Positions 59,483-64,000 of a stretch of DNA of 64,000 nucleotides are shown piece by piece (positions within the stretch are counted from its first letter, which is position 1; each line of letters starts with the position of its first letter). The notes under the pieces were generated by a model, which was not told the DNA's origin, made no database searches, and was given only the letters and a program-made list of their open reading frames with translations. Both the position numbers and the translations under genes were made by a program. This DNA is from an uncultured Desulfobacter sp. (GTDB lineage: Bacteria > Desulfobacterota > Desulfobacteria > Desulfobacterales > Desulfobacteraceae): contig OY762069.1 of assembly GCA_963665095.1 (NCBI GenBank), positions 6,144,001 to 6,208,000 of the forward strand. The letters run 5' to 3'.

Positions 59483-61360
59483 ATGAACTTATTTAAAAAC
59501 AGATATGATGTCATTGTGGTGGGCGCCGGTCATGCCGGTTGTGAGGCGGCCCTGGCCGCGGCCCGCATGGGGTGTGATACCCTGCTTTTAACCATTGATA
59601 TGGATAAGATTGCCGCCATGCCCTGCAGTCCTTCCATCGGCGGGACTGCCAAAGGCCAGCTGGTCAAGGAGATTGATGCCCTTGGCGGCTGGATGGCCAA
59701 AGTGTCTGATTCATCCGCCATTCAGTACAGAACCCTGAACACGCGTAAGGGCCCGGCTGTTCAATCCACCCGGACCCAGAATGATAAAAACATGTATTCC
59801 AGGAATATGAAGCTGGTCCTGGAAAAGGCCCGGAACCTGGACCTCAAACAGGCCATGGTGGAGTCTTTGCTCGTTGAAGACAATCAGATAAAAGGGCTGA
59901 CCGATAACACCGGGTTTGAGTATCTTTCCCCCTGCGTGGTGATTACCACAGGGACTTTTCTGCGGGGCACCGTGCATATCGGTGCCTCCAGGATAAATGC
60001 CGGCAGGGCAGGGGAGTTTGCCTCCATCGGTCTCGGGCAGAGCCTTGAATCCATGGGGCTTGAGATGGGACGGATGAAAACCGGTACCCCGCCAAGACTT
60101 CATGCCGATTCCATTGATTTTTCTCAATTCAATCTGCATGGATCCGATGAGGTCATCAAACCTTTTTCCTATTCCACCACGGAAGTCACTACCCCCATGC
60201 TGCCCAGTTTTATGGGCCAGACAAATCCGGGCACCCATGCCATCATCCGGGACAATCTGAAATACTCAGCCCTCTACGGTGGCCATATCAAAGGGCAGTC
60301 TGCCCGGTACTGCCCCTCGTTTGAGGACAAGGTGGTCAAATTCCCTGACCGGGATTCCCACCATGTTATTCTGGAGTATGAAGGCATTGATTCCAAGGAG
60401 ATCTATGCCTCAGGTCTGGGCAACAGCCTGCCCCTTGAGATCCAGTACCGGGTGGTACGTTCGGTCAAAGGGCTGGAGCAGGCACAGATCATGCGTCCGG
60501 CCTATGCCATTGAATATGATTACATTTCCCCGCTTGAGCTGACACCGGCACTGGAAGTTAAAAAGGTAAAAGGGCTCTTTCTGGCCGGCCAGATCAACGG
60601 CACATCCGGATATGAGGAAGCCGGTGCCCAGGGGCTCTGGGCCGGGGTCAATGCGGGGGCAAAGGTGACGGGCAGACCGCCTTTTCTCCTGGACCGGTCC
60701 CAGGCCTATGTGGGGGTGATGGTGGACGACCTGGTTACCCGGGGTACAAAAGAGCCCTATCGCATGTTTACTTCCAGAGCGGAATACCGTCTGCTGCTCA
60801 GAGAGGACAATGCTGATCTTCGCCTGGCTAAGATTGCCTATGAATACGGACTGATAGATAAAGAGCGCCTGGACCAGGTATCCGCTATCAAGGCAGCGGC
60901 CGAAAAAGAGATTGAGCGGGTCCGGCAGGAGGTGGTCCGACCCACTGATGAAACCAATATTTTTCTTACCAGTCACCACTCCAATGCCATTGACACCGGT
61001 GTGAGGCTGGAACAGCTGCTTAAACGGGCAGAATTGAATTATGAACTGCTCAGTCAGATCGCACCGGCACCGGATCCGGTCAGTGTCCGTGTGGCCCGCC
61101 AGGTAGAGATTGAAATTAAATATGAGGGCTATATCCAGCGTCAGTACAAAGAGATAAAAAAATTTGAGGATCTGGAAAGAATTAAGATTCCGCCGGATTT
61201 TTCCTTTGATATGGCCCACGGCCTGTCTAATGAAATCAGAGAAAAGCTGGTCCGGGTCTGCCCGGCGTCGCTTGGCCAGGCCTCCCGCATTGACGGGATG
61301 ACACCGGCGGCCATCTCGGTTCTCATGGTCGCCATTTCAGCATTTCATCAGCGTTCTTGA
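59483..61360 (+). CDS. mnmG: tRNA uridine-5-carboxymethylaminomethyl modification enzyme
   Basis: GAGHAGCEAA, KTGTPPR, RYCPS, AGQINGTSGYEEA, PYRMFTSRAEYRL. Confidence 0.97.
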   Translation: MNLFKNRYDVIVVGAGHAGCEAALAAARMGCDTLLLTIDMDKIAAMPCSPSIGGTAKGQLVKEIDALGGWMAKVSDSSAIQYRTLNTRKGPAVQSTRTQNDKNMYSRNMKLVLEKARNLDLKQAMVESLLVEDNQIKGLTDNTGFEYLSPCVVITTGTFLRGTVHIGASRINAGRAGEFASIGLGQSLESMGLEMGRMKTGTPPRLHADSIDFSQFNLHGSDEVIKPFSYSTTEVTTPMLPSFMGQTNPGTHAIIRDNLKYSALYGGHIKGQSARYCPSFEDKVVKFPDRDSHHVILEYEGIDSKEIYASGLGNSLPLEIQYRVVRSVKGLEQAQIMRPAYAIEYDYISPLELTPALEVKKVKGLFLAGQINGTSGYEEAGAQGLWAGVNAGAKVTGRPPFLLDRSQAYVGVMVDDLVTRGTKEPYRMFTSRAEYRLLLREDNADLRLAKIAYEYGLIDKERLDQVSAIKAAAEKEIERVRQEVVRPTDETNIFLTSHHSNAIDTGVRLEQLLKRAELNYELLSQIAPAPDPVSVRVARQVEIEIKYEGYIQRQYKEIKKFEDLERIKIPPDFSFDMAHGLSNEIREKLVRVCPASLGQASRIDGMTPAAISVLMVAISAFHQRS

Positions 61361-61465
61361 AAGGCCATCTGTCTCCCTTGACTTAAGACGGTCAACGCTT
61401 ATTTTTATTACACAATTGTTTATAAATAATAACCAGAGAGTTAAAAGTGAAGGATATATAAGAAG

Positions 61466-62422
61466 ATGGCGCAAGATTACTACAAGATTCTGGGCGTTGA
61501 TAAAACAGCATCTGCTGATGAAATTAAAAAAGCATACAGAAAACTTGCCCTCAAATACCATCCGGATAAAACCCAAGGGGACAAGGCCCTGGAAGATAAA
61601 TTCAAGACCATTTCAGAGGCCTATGCAGTTTTAAGTGATTCGGAGAAGAAAAAACAATACGATACTTACGGGTCTGCTGATTTCCAGCAAAGATTCTCCC
61701 AGGAGGATATTTTCCGGAATTTTGATTTGGGCGATATTCTCAAGGAGTTTGGATTTGGCGGCGGTGGCGGATTCAAGCGGGCCGGCGGGTTCAGCAACTC
61801 CTTCGGGCAGGGTGGCGGCCATTCAGGGTTTTCCGGGGGCAATCCTTTTTTTCAGAACATGGGTGGCGGAGGCGGTTCATACGGCCGAAGAGCTCCTGTT
61901 CAGGGTAAAGATCTGGAATATGAAATTCCGCTAACCCTGGATGAACTGATGCACGGTGGCAGCAAAACCATTACCATCTCACAGAGCGGACAGGCAAAAG
62001 CCATTGAGGTAAAAATTCCAAAAGGCCTGACCCAGGGTAAAAAAATCAGGCTCGCCGGCAAAGGGGAACCCTCTCCCGGCGGTGGTCCTGCAGGGAACCT
62101 CTATATTAAATCCAGCCCTCATCTGCCAAAGGGCATTACCGTTGAAGGCAATGATATCCTGATGACAGAGGATGTGCGCCTGACCCAGGCACTTCTCGGG
62201 GATAAAGTCGAGGTGACTACCCCTGCAGGGAAGACCATAAATCTTACCCTGCCGCCTGGAACCGGACACAAGGCAAAAATGCGGTTGCCCGGCATGGGAA
62301 TTCCCCATATGAAAGGAAATGGTTGCGGAGATCTTTATGTTGTGATTAATATAGTGATGCCTAAAGATTTGAACAAAAAACAACAGAGCCTGATCGAAAA
62401 ACTTAAGGAAACAGGATTATAA
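61466..62422 (+). CDS. DnaJ class II/CbpA-like chaperone
   Basis: J domain HPD, G/F-rich linker, C-terminal domain, no zinc finger. Confidence 0.9.
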   Translation: MAQDYYKILGVDKTASADEIKKAYRKLALKYHPDKTQGDKALEDKFKTISEAYAVLSDSEKKKQYDTYGSADFQQRFSQEDIFRNFDLGDILKEFGFGGGGGFKRAGGFSNSFGQGGGHSGFSGGNPFFQNMGGGGGSYGRRAPVQGKDLEYEIPLTLDELMHGGSKTITISQSGQAKAIEVKIPKGLTQGKKIRLAGKGEPSPGGGPAGNLYIKSSPHLPKGITVEGNDILMTEDVRLTQALLGDKVEVTTPAGKTINLTLPPGTGHKAKMRLPGMGIPHMKGNGCGDLYVVINIVMPKDLNKKQQSLIEKLKETGL

Positions 62423-62428
62423 CGTAAC

Positions 62429-62944
62429 ATGCCCGAATTCATCCCTCTGATTTCCAAAGAGGAAATCCAGGAAAAGACCCGGGAGACAGGACAAAAAATA
62501 GCTCAGGATTATAAAGATCTGGATCTCGTGGTTGTAGGGGTGCTCAAGGGGTCTTTTATTTTTCTTGCAGATCTTGTCCGGCAGATCCCCATTGATCATG
62601 AAATTGACCTGGTGGGGGCCTCATCTTACGAAGGCACGTCATCTACCGGACAGATCGTGTTTACAAAACAGCCGGATCTTGAACTCAAAGGCCGTGATGT
62701 GCTTCTTGTGGAGGATATTGTGGACACCGGCCGGACCTTGGCTAAAATTGTCGAGTTTATGCAGCTTTTAAATCCCCGGTCTATTAAAATATGCTCACTG
62801 ATTGACAAAATCGAACGTCGTGAAGCCAATATTAATGTGGATTATTCATGCTTCAATCTTGATAAAGGGTTCATCGTGGGGTATGGACTGGATTATAATG
62901 AGAAATACAGGAATCTGCCTGCAATCTTTGATTTAAAATTATAG
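62429..62944 (+). CDS. hpt: Hypoxanthine phosphoribosyltransferase
   Basis: VLKGSFIF, VEDIVDTG, FIVGYGLD..EKYRNLP. Confidence 0.95.
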   Translation: MPEFIPLISKEEIQEKTRETGQKIAQDYKDLDLVVVGVLKGSFIFLADLVRQIPIDHEIDLVGASSYEGTSSTGQIVFTKQPDLELKGRDVLLVEDIVDTGRTLAKIVEFMQLLNPRSIKICSLIDKIERREANINVDYSCFNLDKGFIVGYGLDYNEKYRNLPAIFDLKL

Positions 62945-62976
62945 ATGTAAATTTATACAATCTAAGGGGATGCGCA

Positions 62977-64000
62977 ATGATAATTACCTGCGAAGAGTGC
63001 TCAACCCGATTTGTCCTTGATGACTCTTTGATAAAGCCCAATGGCTCAAAGGTCCGGTGCAGCAAGTGTCGGCATGTATTTACCGCTATTCTGCCGGAGC
63101 CCCAGGATGAATCTTTATCCCCAGCATCTGCGATTCCGTTGCCTGAAGAACCGCGGCCATCTGATCAACCCGTTCCGGAAGCTGAAGAAGACCTGGCCCT
63201 CTCTTTTGATGCACAGGAAGCAGAAGAAGACGATTCCGACTCTGATTTTTCCGAAGAAGACGATTTTAGTCTGGACAGTGATGCCGGTGATCCGGACCTG
63301 GGCGATGACGAACTTGATTTTTCAGGGATTGAGACGGAGGAACCTGAACCAGCATTAAGCAGTTTTAAAGATCTGCCGGACATTGAAGACGAATCTCCTG
63401 CAGATCCGGTGACGATTGATGCGCCAGCTCAGGAATCAATACCTCAGGATCCGGCACCTCTTTCCACAGGGGGGGCGGGGGGGGCAGATATCGTGCCTGA
63501 ACAAGCTGAAATTCCTGAATTTACTGACAAAGAGCCGGAACAGGCGCTGGGTGAACCAACATTCCCGGAACCGGAAACAGAGCCGGAAATTTCTTTTGAT
63601 TCACAGGATGCGGAAAACGATTTAGGCATGGATGATTTCTCCCTGGAAAGCGATTCCGGGGATCTGGATCAGGATGATGAAGGTATTGATTTCGGAGACA
63701 TTGATGCTGACATTGATATGAATGACGCCGATCTGGATAAAGATGAAGCGGAGTCAGACGACTCTGAATCTTCGCCTCCTGCTGATTCAGATACACAGGA
63801 TGATTTCAGGCTTGACGTGCCGGATCAGGATTCTGCGGATGTTGATTCTGAACTTGATGTCGCTGATTTTGACATGGATGAGCCGGAGCTTGATTTCCAG
63901 GAAGATACGCTTGAACTGGAAGCCCAGGATTTCGAATTTGAAGAGATCCAGGAGGATGATGATTTGTCTGCAAGCCTTGCTCCCGCAGGCCAGGACGACA
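62977..64000 (+). CDS. MJ0042-type zinc-ribbon protein with long acidic low-complexity region (runs off window end)
   Basis: Not in the ORF track; MIITCEECSTRFVLDDSLIKPNGSKVRCSKCRHVF then D/E/P-rich sequence. Confidence 0.88.
   Translation, partial: MIITCEECSTRFVLDDSLIKPNGSKVRCSKCRHVFTAILPEPQDESLSPASAIPLPEEPRPSDQPVPEAEEDLALSFDAQEAEEDDSDSDFSEEDDFSLDSDAGDPDLGDDELDFSGIETEEPEPALSSFKDLPDIEDESPADPVTIDAPAQESIPQDPAPLSTGGAGGADIVPEQAEIPEFTDKEPEQALGEPTFPEPETEPEISFDSQDAENDLGMDDFSLESDSGDLDQDDEGIDFGDIDADIDMNDADLDKDEAESDDSESSPPADSDTQDDFRLDVPDQDSADVDSELDVADFDMDEPELDFQEDTLELEAQDFEFEEIQEDDDLSASLAPAGQDD

Noticed and set aside
62977..64000. Repetitive-looking GAT/GAA-rich DNA
   Set aside because: Explained by an acidic low-complexity coding region; not a CRISPR or tandem array
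1..64000. tRNA, rRNA, CRISPR arrays, integron attC sites
   Set aside because: None recognised by eye; not computationally excluded

Overview
Bacterial chromosome window; gene content suggests a sulfate-reducing Desulfobacteraceae-like organism (inference). 1-35.4 kb is mostly backbone: several two-component systems, a CdaA-YbbR diadenylate cyclase fusion, an orphan corrinoid protein, three acetate/acyl-CoA activation routes (CoA transferase/hydrolase, AckA, two beta-alpha ADP-forming acyl-CoA ligases, one frameshifted), a pentapeptide/K+ channel, a PH-like Ser/Thr kinase, a GntR/TAXI-TRAP/FAD-FeS dehydrogenase/LarA-like 2-hydroxyacid locus and apbE. 35.7-57.6 kb is accessory. It holds a TetR-controlled acyl-CoA catabolic regulon (fadD; MaoC pair, ACAD, Cys-less thiolase + DUF35, amidohydrolase, CoA ligase). 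An AT-richer island of about 9 kb splits this regulon. The island contains a five-gene RIT-type element (three tyrosine recombinases plus two zinc-finger genes) with recognisable ends whose predicted circle junction is dif-like, an HNH-like fragment, an IS1634 fragment, a MarR module and a HigBA-type TA pair. A complete IS1634 and a decapitated kinase follow. 57.7-64 kb returns to backbone (YhhN, TIGR01212 radical SAM, mnmG, DnaJ class II, hpt, zinc-ribbon acidic protein). No rRNA, tRNA or CRISPR array was seen.
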